Shown piece by piece: positions 41,041 to 51,128 of a DNA stretch of 64,000 nucleotides (the first letter of the stretch is position 1; each line of letters opens with the position of its first letter). The stretch comes from a virus, in the IMG/VR virus record IMGVR_UViG_3300032116_015796, positions 16,257 to 80,256 of that record; one strand, given 5' to 3'. Position numbers and translations under genes: made by a program. A model generated the notes under the pieces. That model made no database searches, was not told the origin of the DNA, and was given only the letters and a program-made list of their open reading frames with translations.

Positions 41041-42180
41041 TTAAGTTATTCCCCATCTATTTTTCAAGAATAAAACAACATCGTCATGGACTGCAACACT
41101 GTGTTGAGTATTGAATATTATTAATTCTGCTAAGTAACCATTATATGGGTATTCTCCAGGACCTCCATCAAACGAACTACCAATTCTTAGTGGACCGTGA
41201 GAGGCATTATTTAAACTAAGACTATTTTGTGTGACTCCTGTAACAAAAACACCATTCACATATGAATTAGCAGCAATTGTAACTAAATCACCTGGGTCTG
41301 ATGCTCTTACCGAAAAAACTCTTAAATCTTTACCATCTAAAACAGGACCACTTCCATTAACTTCAATTGGTAATGTTATCATATTGACAGGTCCTGGACC
41401 TAAACCTGTGTTTACTTCTAAATAAACATCTGAATTAGAATTAATATATAAACTTTCACTATTACGTGAAAATGATGGACCTGATATTCTAGTACTAAAT
41501 ACAAAAGAATCGGCTGATACTGACAATGGTTTTGCAACTAAATATATCGTATAAGAATATCCTGTTTTGTGAATAAAAGTGATATCATCTGTTGTCACAT
41601 ATTGACTTGCACACGTTCCTGTACAAGGTGGTGGCCAACAACCTCCTGGGTCGCCAGAGAAAAACAACATATTATACCCACTTAAATTATCGTAACTAGC
41701 AACACATCCCGTATCTCCTGTCGCAATTTCAACACTATCACTATATCTGTAAAGTTCTGTTATTCCATCTCCTGAAATTGGTGAAGAAGGGTTTAGGTAA
41801 TTAGTATCAAATGTTTGATAATATAATACAGGTTGACCTAAACTAATAGGGTTAATTCCCTGATATGATAATGACGGTGTAATTGTAGGGGTTACTGTAG
41901 GTGTAGTTGTTTGAGTAATTGTAGGTGTTACAGTTGGTGTTGGTGTTTGAGTAATTGTAGGGGTTACAGTAGGTGTTTGAGTAATTGTAGGGGTTGGTGC
42001 TGGTGTTTCTGAATTAGTTACTGAAGGTGTTTTTGTAGGTCTTGGTACTCTACCAATTTGTTTATGGATATGTACTTTATCATTAGGACTTCTCTCAACT
42101 GTAAAAATACCTTGACCTGGCACATTTAATTTAGTACCACCAAAGTCTCTACCTGATTTTTTTCTTCTCTCTAAACCCAT
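41041..42180 (-). CDS. Thr/Pro-repeat protein with a C-terminal lectin/LamG-like domain
   Basis: (TPT[IV]TQ) repeats; YVNG..LRIG..YNGYLAELIIFN....FLKNRWGI end. Confidence 0.7.
   Translation of the reverse strand: MGLERRKKSGRDFGGTKLNVPGQGIFTVERSPNDKVHIHKQIGRVPRPTKTPSVTNSETPAPTPTITQTPTVTPTITQTPTPTVTPTITQTTTPTVTPTITPSLSYQGINPISLGQPVLYYQTFDTNYLNPSSPISGDGITELYRYSDSVEIATGDTGCVASYDNLSGYNMLFFSGDPGGCWPPPCTGTCASQYVTTDDITFIHKTGYSYTIYLVAKPLSVSADSFVFSTRISGPSFSRNSESLYINSNSDVYLEVNTGLGPGPVNMITLPIEVNGSGPVLDGKDLRVFSVRASDPGDLVTIAANSYVNGVFVTGVTQNSLSLNNASHGPLRIGSSFDGGPGEYPYNGYLAELIIFNTQHSVAVHDDVVLFLKNRWGIT
41872..42006 (-). repeat. Coding tandem repeat (TPTITQ/TPTV)
   Basis: Recurrent TTGAGTAATTGTAGG units. Confidence 0.85.
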
Positions 42181-42192
42181 TTTTCATAAATA

Positions 42193-43959
42193 TTACCTAC
42201 CACCAAATAGCCACCCATATTTCATATATTCTTCTTTTCCAATGTTACCATTACTAAATTGACTTTTTCTTTCATTATAGTGAGGAATAACAGGATTGAA
42301 CGATATTGAATTAGCGACATTTTCATTATTGTTTACTGACCAAGAATCAATCATAGCCTTTGTTTGTTGAGTAACTTTTGTTAGGTTACTAAATGATGAT
42401 TCAGCAACATAAGTGGCCATAGATATCGCCATAATTAAGTCATCATGATGACCTTTTTGGTGGTCGGGTCTACCATTTATATAAACAAACGTGTTCATTT
42501 CATTATATAAACGTGTACTGTAAATTCTAAATTCATGTCTCATAGCTTCCTCAAAAGAAGCAATTATTTGAACCCTTTTGTTATTGAAGTTGATACCAGG
42601 AATTTTCTCATTTGCTTTAGGGTCATACTTCCACTTGTTTCCAATTTCAATACCATCTACGTATAAATTTTTGTAACCCATTTCTTGGAGTTTTCTTGCA
42701 GTAGAAACACCCATACCACCCGTGATATCAATCACAATATAACAAGAATACATATTAGCCCATTTATAACAAATCTCTGCCATAGTATCAGGAGGAAGTT
42801 TTCCAACATATTCTGCAACCTGTTCTCTTGTGTCAAAATCAATTATTTGGAATGAACTAAAGTCTTCAGAGTCACCTCTCGATACATCGACACCCATTAC
42901 ATATTTGTGACCTACAACAGGTTCTTTCCATATCCAAAGAGCGTTACCCATCATTTTGTTTTCAGGGTCTTTAATCATATTTTCTCTAACTTTTTGCATC
43001 AAGTTGGAATCAAATACATTATCTCCTGAACCTAAGAAATTACATTCTAATTCCTGAGAAACCTTTCTCTTATCATATTTTAGTTTTTTAACCATGCTTT
43101 CAAACCAATAGGAACATGGTTTGTACCCATCATCCATTAAACTTTGTAGTTCTTGATAATCTCTTTCAGGAAATGGTATTGATTGCCAACTAAGAATATC
43201 AGATTCTGTATATTCTTCTTTGTTTAGTAGGTAATGAATAATATCTTTTGTTTTAACTAAATATAAATCTTTGGTGTACCTTGGGTCTCTAAACCAATAC
43301 ATCTCAGAAATTTTGAAGTCATTCATGTTTCTTAATGCTTGGTCGTAAATTTCATAATAAATTGGGTCGTATCCATTTGGAGTTGAGACAACGATAACCT
43401 TACCACCTGTAGAGAGTGAAGCCATACAAGCCGCCCAAAAATCACTATCTGCTTCAATAAACGCCGCCTCGTCAAAAATAAGTACTGTCGGGGTAAATCC
43501 ACGTAAAGCATCTTTTGATGTTGCGACCGCTTTAACCTCACAACCATTTGTTAATTTATAATGTTTTTGAGAATTTTTTTCAGGTGCAAAATCTATATTC
43601 ACCCAAGACGGCCATTGACCAACAAATGCTCTAATTTTGTTTGCCATCTCTAAAGATGTATCAAGTTTGTTAGCGATAATTAGAATTTTTTCAGGTTTTT
43701 CTTTTTTCGCAAAGGCTAATTTTTTTGAAACCCAAGCGGCGGTTACTGTGGATACTCCCGCTTGACGATATTTTAATGCAATATTTTCATTGTATTCTTC
43801 ATAATCTTGTAATAAAGATATTTGGTCAGGAAATAACTCTAAAGGGACATATTTTGATACTGTATTATCGTAAGTCTGTAAATACGTTTTAAGCGCGTAT
43901 GGAGTATCTCTCATACATTTTACGTATTCCATAATTACTTGTTCTTTTGTTAAACTCAT
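42193..43959 (-). CDS. gp17: Terminase large subunit (T4 gp17-like)
   Basis: KYRQAGVST Walker A, IFDEAAF Walker B, STPNG, GVDVSRG and HDDLIMA nuclease motifs. Confidence 0.95.
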   Translation of the reverse strand: MSLTKEQVIMEYVKCMRDTPYALKTYLQTYDNTVSKYVPLELFPDQISLLQDYEEYNENIALKYRQAGVSTVTAAWVSKKLAFAKKEKPEKILIIANKLDTSLEMANKIRAFVGQWPSWVNIDFAPEKNSQKHYKLTNGCEVKAVATSKDALRGFTPTVLIFDEAAFIEADSDFWAACMASLSTGGKVIVVSTPNGYDPIYYEIYDQALRNMNDFKISEMYWFRDPRYTKDLYLVKTKDIIHYLLNKEEYTESDILSWQSIPFPERDYQELQSLMDDGYKPCSYWFESMVKKLKYDKRKVSQELECNFLGSGDNVFDSNLMQKVRENMIKDPENKMMGNALWIWKEPVVGHKYVMGVDVSRGDSEDFSSFQIIDFDTREQVAEYVGKLPPDTMAEICYKWANMYSCYIVIDITGGMGVSTARKLQEMGYKNLYVDGIEIGNKWKYDPKANEKIPGINFNNKRVQIIASFEEAMRHEFRIYSTRLYNEMNTFVYINGRPDHQKGHHDDLIMAISMATYVAESSFSNLTKVTQQTKAMIDSWSVNNNENVANSISFNPVIPHYNERKSQFSNGNIGKEEYMKYGWLFGGR

Positions 43960-43982
43960 AAAATCACTTTATTATAAATATC

Positions 43983-44013
43983 AAAACCCTCATTTAATAC
44001 TAAATGAGGGTTT
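43983..44013 (-). terminator. Intrinsic terminator
   Basis: AAACCCTCATTTA-loop-TAAATGAGGGTTT. Confidence 0.75.
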
Positions 44014-44032
44014 CAAAGTGTGTAGGTTTGAT

Positions 44033-45355
44033 TTAGAATAAACCTGATATGTCTATATCATCTAAATCGTCATCATCATATTGTTTCATTGAATCTTCAT
44101 AATCTTTTTTCTTCAAGTCAGACACGATTTCATCAACCATTCTTTGTATAAATTGAGTTCCTTTAGGGTCGTCTTTTAGAATTAACTTTGCAATTCTCAT
44201 GAATTCTTTAGCGTCCAATCTTGAGAATCTCATAAACAAATAATGTTGGATGTGTTTTTTATCTTCATCAAACAGTTCAATAGGATAAGTTTTTGTAAAT
44301 TTTTCCCAAAAGATAGGTCCTAATCTTGAATCCCATATCTCGGCAGGTAATGTATCTTCCGCAGCTAAAACCATTTCAGCTTGTCTTGGGTCATCAGGTA
44401 AACCGTGTGTACCGAATATCTCATAGACACCTTTTACTAATTCGTGAACAAGTAATGGGAATGTTCCTGCTCTCGCCTTAACTGTCGGTGGGTCGGTTTG
44501 GTCATCAATTTCTGATTGTCCCATTTGTCCTCCTCCTGAACCTGCCATGGATTCCATATCAGGATATACCCAATACAAGTGTTCCATTAACGATTGTGTT
44601 ACACCATATAAATTAAGTAGTCTTGGGTCTAATCTATTTAATTCCTGACCTACCAAAACATACATGTGACCTCCTTTGAACGCGGCGCCTTGAATTAATG
44701 AGTTTAAAAATCTTCTTTTTGCTCTCTCAAGGTTAAATTGTTCAAATGCGTCTGCAAATTCTTCTAAATCTTCTTTGTGTTTAAATGCTTCTTCAACATC
44801 CTCTTCATCAGGTTCTTGACCTTGAGTTTGCATTCCCTCCGCAGCTCCCATAGGACCGAAAACAAGTTTCGCGTCAAATTGTAAAGAACCTTCGGGAATA
44901 CCTAATTCTTTTTTAACTAAGTCAACCGCCAAGTTTTCTAAATATTCTTTGTTTTGTCTTTCAATCGATGAGATTTGTTGTAAACCTCCCATTGCCATTC
45001 CCATTAATCTCATTAATGGATTAGGACCTTGTATCGCTCCTGTATCACCTAAATAACGTCTAACTTTTTCTACTGAATCCTTAAATCTTTTAGAAGCAAT
45101 TAATTCAATAAAATCTCTATCCCCTTCAGGAATTGCAGGATGCTGATGGTATGGGGTTTGTTTCGAAGTGATTTTTCTTTCGATTCCAGGTTCCATTCTT
45201 TCAGGTCCTTCGTAATCTATCGGAGCTTCTTTTAATATTTTTTTAGTTTCATTTAATAATGAACGTTCTTTTTTTGTCAAACCCTCTGAAACTAATTTTT
45301 TTTCCAAATTAGATTTGGTTTTAAGTACTTTTTCCATTTTCGCGTTTAAACTCAT
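44033..45355 (-). CDS. Hypothetical protein (contains an HELVKG zincin-like half motif)
   Basis: 440-aa ORF in the late operon. Confidence 0.7.
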   Translation of the reverse strand: MSLNAKMEKVLKTKSNLEKKLVSEGLTKKERSLLNETKKILKEAPIDYEGPERMEPGIERKITSKQTPYHQHPAIPEGDRDFIELIASKRFKDSVEKVRRYLGDTGAIQGPNPLMRLMGMAMGGLQQISSIERQNKEYLENLAVDLVKKELGIPEGSLQFDAKLVFGPMGAAEGMQTQGQEPDEEDVEEAFKHKEDLEEFADAFEQFNLERAKRRFLNSLIQGAAFKGGHMYVLVGQELNRLDPRLLNLYGVTQSLMEHLYWVYPDMESMAGSGGGQMGQSEIDDQTDPPTVKARAGTFPLLVHELVKGVYEIFGTHGLPDDPRQAEMVLAAEDTLPAEIWDSRLGPIFWEKFTKTYPIELFDEDKKHIQHYLFMRFSRLDAKEFMRIAKLILKDDPKGTQFIQRMVDEIVSDLKKKDYEDSMKQYDDDDLDDIDISGLF

Positions 45356-45357
45356 TT

Positions 45358-46398
45358 TTACTTTAAATTAATTCCGATTGATTTAAATGACAACCAATTA
45401 GGTAATTCTTCTTTACCCGCCTTTGGTGCTGGTTTAGGACCTGGCTTTGGTCTATAAGGGGTATCAGGAGTTGTCGGTTTTGTTGGTGTTTTTGGTTTTG
45501 GTGGTGCAATTGTTGGTGACCCTTGTTCGTTAGTCTCTTCTTTATTTGCTTTAGGATTTGGTTTAGGTCCTGGTTTTGGTTTATAAGGATTGTCACGTTC
45601 TCTTTCCTTAGTTCTTTCCTTTTCCTTGGTTCTTTCCTTTTCTTTAGTCCCTTGTTCAGAAACCAAAGATAAAAATTCTTTTTTAGACATTTTTGGTGTC
45701 AGATGTTTTTCCAATATATTCATAATTCCTTTTTCTAAGTTACTTTCAAATTTTAAACTTGGACTAATGTCAGCAATTTTATTTTGCATATTTTTGTTAA
45801 ACGCATTTCCAACCATATCCATATAGTTTTCGTTAGTTTCTTTTTTCTTTTTGTATTTTACTGTTTTCTCAGGGTGTAACTTTTCAGGTAATTTCTGAAA
45901 CTGTTTTTTAGATGTCTTATCTGAAAACTCTTTAGCTTTTTTACACCATTCTTCTTTTTGTTTACCTTTACTTTTATCACATTTTGCCCAAAAATATTTT
46001 TGTTGAGCTTTAGACGCAAATTTTTCGGTTAATTCCATATTAGATAACGCTAACGCCATTTCGTCATCACCTTTAGCACCTAATGATAGTGCAATATCAT
46101 CATTTTCCAAATCGTCAGTTTCTTGAACGACCCTCATTCCACCATCAGGTAAAGGTTGTAATTGACCCCCTTGTGGAATATTTATTGATTGTCCTTTACT
46201 CTTCATTGTGCTAACCTCTCCTGATGTATAATCAGTATAAGTTTTGGTCTCAGTTTTGGTGGTGGCTTCTTTAAGTTCTTTTTTAGACTCAACAAGTTTT
46301 CTGTATAAAACATTCACTTGTGATTCGTTTAATTCACCAAGAAGATTACCACTAAAACCATGGTTTAACAAATGTAACAATTTATCGTTAGTTTTCAT
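45358..46398 (-). CDS. Hypothetical Lys/Pro-rich protein
   Basis: KEKERT repeats and a duplicated PY[KR]PKPGPKP.PKA; start probably at MKTNDK. Confidence 0.7.
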   Translation of the reverse strand: MKTNDKLLHLLNHGFSGNLLGELNESQVNVLYRKLVESKKELKEATTKTETKTYTDYTSGEVSTMKSKGQSINIPQGGQLQPLPDGGMRVVQETDDLENDDIALSLGAKGDDEMALALSNMELTEKFASKAQQKYFWAKCDKSKGKQKEEWCKKAKEFSDKTSKKQFQKLPEKLHPEKTVKYKKKKETNENYMDMVGNAFNKNMQNKIADISPSLKFESNLEKGIMNILEKHLTPKMSKKEFLSLVSEQGTKEKERTKEKERTKERERDNPYKPKPGPKPNPKANKEETNEQGSPTIAPPKPKTPTKPTTPDTPYRPKPGPKPAPKAGKEELPNWLSFKSIGINLK

Positions 46399-46798
46399 AA
46401 ACAACTTTCTTTTCAAATTCTAAAACGATGTCTCGTTCATATAATTTATCTTTTACGGAAGATTCGGTTTCCCCAAATCTGAATACCAATCTTTTATTTA
46501 ATTCAAAATTAACCTCATCAGATTCATTTTCCCAAGCCAATGCAATAACTCCGTCAACCGCATCGACCATTGATAACCAATCGGATTTTTGAATCACTGA
46601 AAAATTAATTATATCGTGTTTCAATACTCCGACTTTTTTTATGTGTTCTAAATCAGGTGGTAAAGGATAACCATTTGCGGGTTTTGATTCCCAAGATTCC
46701 CCCCATATGTCCTCTATACTATCTGAGAAAATAAATTCGTAAATATTATCTCCTTTATAGTTCGGTCCTAATTCATTCACATAAATTAAAAAACTCAT
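46388..46798 (-). CDS. Hypothetical protein
   Basis: Overlaps both neighbouring genes. Confidence 0.75.
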   Translation of the reverse strand: MSFLIYVNELGPNYKGDNIYEFIFSDSIEDIWGESWESKPANGYPLPPDLEHIKKVGVLKHDIINFSVIQKSDWLSMVDAVDGVIALAWENESDEVNFELNKRLVFRFGETESSVKDKLYERDIVLEFEKKVVYEN

Positions 46799-48114
46799 AT
46801 AATACTACCTTTTGGTGTTACTTTAAGAGTTTTATTCTGTACTTCAAAAACTAAACATTTGTTATTTTTATTTTTTCCAACAAGTTTTGCGTTAGGGTAT
46901 TTTTTTACCAACTTTGCTGAAGCAACTTCTTGGGAAATACTTTCTGACAAACTTTTAATTCTTTGCCTTGTCTTATTAGTTTTTTCAGTTTCAATATTTT
47001 TTTCTTTTTTCTTTTCTTCCAACATCAATCTTTCTTTTTCATCAATTTTGAAATACTTAGTTAATACTTTTTCTACCTTAGACTCACCGAATAAACCTTC
47101 AATCATCTCTTCCATTCTACTAGCTTCTTCGTCTTTAATACCGCGGTGTTTAAGTTTAGAAGTTGCTCTACTTCCACCTGGTTTTCTATGTCTTGGGTAG
47201 TCGTCCTCCATATCGTCTTCTTCAGTGAAAAAACTTGCAACTAAATTTTCCTTTTCTTTTTCACTCATGAAATCATCTTCTTCCGCCATTTCACCTTCAG
47301 GTTGTGGAGGTTCAGGAGCTTCCATACCCATTTCTTCTTCTCCACCTTCAATTCCCATTTCTTCTTCTCCACCTTCGAATTTAGACATAATTTCATCTCT
47401 ATCTTCTTCATCTAACGAGTTCAAATCTAAAGCCGATAATACTGAATTAATAACGTACTTTATATCCTTAGATGTCATTTCATTTTCTTCGTTAGATAAA
47501 AATGTTCTAATTTTTTGACCTAATTTACCTGTTAGTTTTTGGATAGTTTTAAACGTAACCTCTTCTTCATCGTCTTCCATGTCTTGAGTATCGACTTCAT
47601 CTTCCATTCCCATGTCATCTTCCATTCCCATATCATCAGTAGGAGCGGGTGCAGGAGCAGGTGCAGGTGCGGGAGCAGGAGCGGGTGCGGGAGTAGGTGC
47701 AGCTGGGGCTGGCATCTGTTCGTTAGTTTCGTGTTTTAAAAAGTATTTTTCTTCACCTTCACTTTCAGTGAATAAAGATAGATTTTTGTCAAAACCCTCA
47801 TTAACATTAACTTCCTTTGCAATTAAGTTCAATCTTTTCAAAGCTTGAGAATATGAAGAAAAATATCTTCTATGTTTCATAGGTTCAATATAGTCAGATG
47901 TAGACTCATTCAACCCTTTTTTAATAACATACCCATTTTTTTCTTTTACAATTTGATATGTGTTACCGTCTGATAAAATTTTCTTATATTCTGAAGAAGA
48001 ATCCTCATTAATAGGTTTTGGTATATATTCGTTGTATCTGGCAATTTCAATCATACGATTGATTTTTTCCATTCCTTGTAGTTTTTCACTACCAATTGGT
48101 TTTAAATCTCCCAT
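46795..48114 (-). CDS. Acidic putative prohead/internal protein with a PA linker
   Basis: (PA)n repeat, acidic tracts and several [LI]xE sites. Confidence 0.7.
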   Translation of the reverse strand: MGDLKPIGSEKLQGMEKINRMIEIARYNEYIPKPINEDSSSEYKKILSDGNTYQIVKEKNGYVIKKGLNESTSDYIEPMKHRRYFSSYSQALKRLNLIAKEVNVNEGFDKNLSLFTESEGEEKYFLKHETNEQMPAPAAPTPAPAPAPAPAPAPAPAPTDDMGMEDDMGMEDEVDTQDMEDDEEEVTFKTIQKLTGKLGQKIRTFLSNEENEMTSKDIKYVINSVLSALDLNSLDEEDRDEIMSKFEGGEEEMGIEGGEEEMGMEAPEPPQPEGEMAEEDDFMSEKEKENLVASFFTEEDDMEDDYPRHRKPGGSRATSKLKHRGIKDEEASRMEEMIEGLFGESKVEKVLTKYFKIDEKERLMLEEKKKEKNIETEKTNKTRQRIKSLSESISQEVASAKLVKKYPNAKLVGKNKNNKCLVFEVQNKTLKVTPKGSII

Positions 48115-48181
48115 TTTTTGATTTTTTTTAAAAAATTATTTTATTAATAAATATATCATAAACTTCATTTATCATTTAGAA

Positions 48182-50488
48182 TTAGGCTATATTAGTTGCA
48201 ACGTCAAACTTTTCTGACGCGGCAATCGCATTAGACCTATGACTACTTACACCTCCACCCGCATTTATATCCGCAAAATATGTTGCGGCATCAACTTTAT
48301 CTTTAAATTTAGGGAAGGTACTTGCGGGTTTACCTTTAGTGAAGAAAGCCACCGCGACTTGAGCGGCGATGTCAGGTTCATTAACTAAATCAGGGTTACC
48401 AACCAAGTCTTTACCAATCATGTTACCATATTTTTCATAATTCTTTTTACCTGTAAGTTGGTTGAATCCTCTACCTCTATATCTCCATCCGTCACCTCCT
48501 CCTTGGTTACCAACAGTTTTTGCATACACTACGTTAAAGAATTTCTCAGGGTCGCTCTTCAAGTCGTTTAATTCACTATCAGAGTATTTTGCAACCCTTG
48601 AGCCGAAAATACTTCTAATTCTAGAGTTGGAAGTCCCTGCGTATGATACCTCTGATTTAGGTTTGAACCCAGATTCTTTTGAAATTACGGATAATATACC
48701 TATTTGAGCTAATGGGTCAGTAATTCCTGTTTTGTTCATGTAGTCAATCATAAGTTTGATGTTATTTTTTTGAACTGCATCAAAATTACCTACCAATTGA
48801 ACATCTCCTGTAGAAATGTTTGATGTGTCAGGGTTACCTTCAATTTCAATCCCTGACATGTTAGAGTCTTTAAAGTTTTTAATTGTTAAAATCGAAAATA
48901 ATTTCGTTAAATCTTCTTTATTTAAAACTCCTGTTTCAGTTAAACCATATTTTTGTTGGAATTCTTTAACCGCTTGTTCTGTTTCAGGACCAAATTTTCC
49001 GTCAACACCCCATTTAGGTAATAAGAAACCTAAAAACTGTAAACCTGTTTGTATCAATTCAACACCTCGTTCTACTGGTATTGAAGACTCTACACCTTTT
49101 AAATTTTTATATTCTTTACCACTTGAAAGTAAATCATAAAACTCTTTCATGATTTTGTTTTCACCACTTTCAATCTCAGATAAATTTTTGTTAACCTCAT
49201 CTTTATTAACTGATGTGAATTCAGATTTATTTAGTAAATCTTGTAATGATGATACTATAGACGTATTAACAGTTGTATTATCAACGGGGTCTGTTTTTTC
49301 AGTTGTTGAGGGTTCTGAAGTTTCCCCTTTACCTGTAAAAATTTTATCTGAGTTTACTAAAAGTTCTCTTAAATGCCTTCCTCTTGGTAAACCGATGTGA
49401 ACGTGTTCCATACCTTCATGTCCAACCCATTCAGAAATTACCCCTATATAATCTCCAACTTTTACACTATCACCTTTTTTTAAATTAACATTTTTTAAAT
49501 GAGTATAAAAAATATCAGGAAAATTATTATCACCAGATATTGAAACTTGTGTTCCAAAGATTTTTCCTGAATTTTTGCCCGTATCCCTAATTCTTGAAAC
49601 AACTCCGTCAGTATATGAATTTACAACAGTACCTGGTGGAGAAAAAATGTCCCAAGCGTTGTCTGACTCCCAATTACCAAGAGCTCTACCACCGTGGTTT
49701 CTAGGTCCGTTTTCTAAATCGGTTTTAAATGTTCCTCCGATGTTTGTTGTTGCTTCTTTAAGGGATAATTCTTTATCGGTGTGTTTTGTCTCAAAATCGA
49801 AAAGTTTTTGAATATAATTGTTTCTTCTTAAAACTTTGAACACTAAATTCTCATCTGAATACTCTCCACCTTTTTCTAATCCGCAAGTTCTATATTTTTT
49901 AATTTTATCTTTATACTTATCAATTAATTTTCTTGCATCATCCAACGGTTCACCTTTTGCAGATTCAATAACACCATCAATTATTTTCATCCATTGTTCA
50001 GATTTATTCTTAATTAATTCGGTGTCAATTTTAGGATTTTCTTTTTTTGGTTTTGTAATCCATTCATTTTTTAATACCGAAAAAACTCCACTACTAAAAT
50101 GAGTTTCAGATTCGTCTTGTACATACAATTCTACATCATAACCAAAAATTGTTATGTCGTGTTTATCGTTAAATAAAGTTTTTTTTAATTTGAATAACTC
50201 TTCATATAGGGGTAACTGAGCTGCATTAAATTGTTCGTAATCTACCAATATATGTAAATCAATGTCCGAAAAATTAGACCAATTGTAATTAGCTAATGAA
50301 CCTGTCATTATGATATCTGAAACAATGACATCAACTTTTAAGAATTCGATAAATTCATTGGATATTTCCAATAATCTATTTCTAACTTTAGGGTTAATAA
50401 TAATATCTCCACCCTTTTCTTTCCAAATTTTAGGGTTTAATTCATCCCTAAGATGAAAACTTTTCAATATTGATTTTAAATTACTCAT
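48182..50488 (-). CDS. Fusion: Pol-beta nucleotidyltransferase + M23 peptidase + PG-binding + GH19 lysozyme
   Basis: GS.ANYNW..SDIDLH..DVELY; DIFSPPGT..YTHL..VKVGD.IG..HVH; VDGKFGPETEQAVKEFQ; YRGRGFNQLTGKKNY. Confidence 0.85.
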   Translation of the reverse strand: MSNLKSILKSFHLRDELNPKIWKEKGGDIIINPKVRNRLLEISNEFIEFLKVDVIVSDIIMTGSLANYNWSNFSDIDLHILVDYEQFNAAQLPLYEELFKLKKTLFNDKHDITIFGYDVELYVQDESETHFSSGVFSVLKNEWITKPKKENPKIDTELIKNKSEQWMKIIDGVIESAKGEPLDDARKLIDKYKDKIKKYRTCGLEKGGEYSDENLVFKVLRRNNYIQKLFDFETKHTDKELSLKEATTNIGGTFKTDLENGPRNHGGRALGNWESDNAWDIFSPPGTVVNSYTDGVVSRIRDTGKNSGKIFGTQVSISGDNNFPDIFYTHLKNVNLKKGDSVKVGDYIGVISEWVGHEGMEHVHIGLPRGRHLRELLVNSDKIFTGKGETSEPSTTEKTDPVDNTTVNTSIVSSLQDLLNKSEFTSVNKDEVNKNLSEIESGENKIMKEFYDLLSSGKEYKNLKGVESSIPVERGVELIQTGLQFLGFLLPKWGVDGKFGPETEQAVKEFQQKYGLTETGVLNKEDLTKLFSILTIKNFKDSNMSGIEIEGNPDTSNISTGDVQLVGNFDAVQKNNIKLMIDYMNKTGITDPLAQIGILSVISKESGFKPKSEVSYAGTSNSRIRSIFGSRVAKYSDSELNDLKSDPEKFFNVVYAKTVGNQGGGDGWRYRGRGFNQLTGKKNYEKYGNMIGKDLVGNPDLVNEPDIAAQVAVAFFTKGKPASTFPKFKDKVDAATYFADINAGGGVSSHRSNAIAASEKFDVATNIA

Positions 50489-50518
50489 TAAACATAAATA
50501 TTAGAGTAATTTTATTTG

Positions 50519-50761
50519 TTACAGTTTCTTGTATTTAAATATTTTTGAGATTTTTGTACTGAAAAACTTACCTTGGGATTCTGAAACTCTAAACTGTGTA
50601 TAAAGTTGGTGTGGGATTTCATCATATTCATAACGAGCCCCGTTATTAAATTCAACAATTAATTTTTTGGTTTCAGTATCATATTCGGTTTTAGCCAAAT
50701 TACTTGACTTGATTTCATTCAAAATCTTCGTCCCAACTATCTCTTCTTTTACTATCGCCAT
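50519..50761 (-). CDS. KTSC-domain protein
   Basis: SSNL...YD.....L.VEF.NG..YEY..IP........SES.GKFF. Confidence 0.9.
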   Translation of the reverse strand: MAIVKEEIVGTKILNEIKSSNLAKTEYDTETKKLIVEFNNGARYEYDEIPHQLYTQFRVSESQGKFFSTKISKIFKYKKL

Positions 50762-51059
50762 CTTCTAATGGTATTTCTAAATTTATTTCTTTTAATTTAT
50801 CTTGAAGATAATCAACAAACTCATTATGGTCAATATCAGGGAAAAAACCTTTTAACTCAGAAAACAATTTACTGTGTAAGGAGCTGAACTTTTGAAAGTT
50901 TCTCATAATATCATTTGGATAATATGGGGGTTTTTCTAAATCTTTTTCTGTCCATCCTTCTCTTTGAAACGCTCTTCTTAACTCTCGATATGTTTCTAAA
51001 ATATCTTCATCGGATTTTAAGGTCTCAATATATTTTTTATAATGTTTCATCATACCCAT
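50715..51059 (-). CDS. Hypothetical protein
   Basis: ORF with upstream TATTTAT. Confidence 0.7.
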   Translation of the reverse strand: MGMMKHYKKYIETLKSDEDILETYRELRRAFQREGWTEKDLEKPPYYPNDIMRNFQKFSSLHSKLFSELKGFFPDIDHNEFVDYLQDKLKEINLEIPLEDGDSKRRDSWDEDFE

Positions 51060-51128
51060 ACTTATAAATATAAGATTATTTGAGTTGAAATTACCAAATT
51101 AAAGATTATACTTTAAAAAAAGACTAAT

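Noticed and set aside
33125-43959. Introns or inteins in MCP, portal or terminase
   Set aside because: ORFs are continuous with expected motif spacing and show no intein splice motifs
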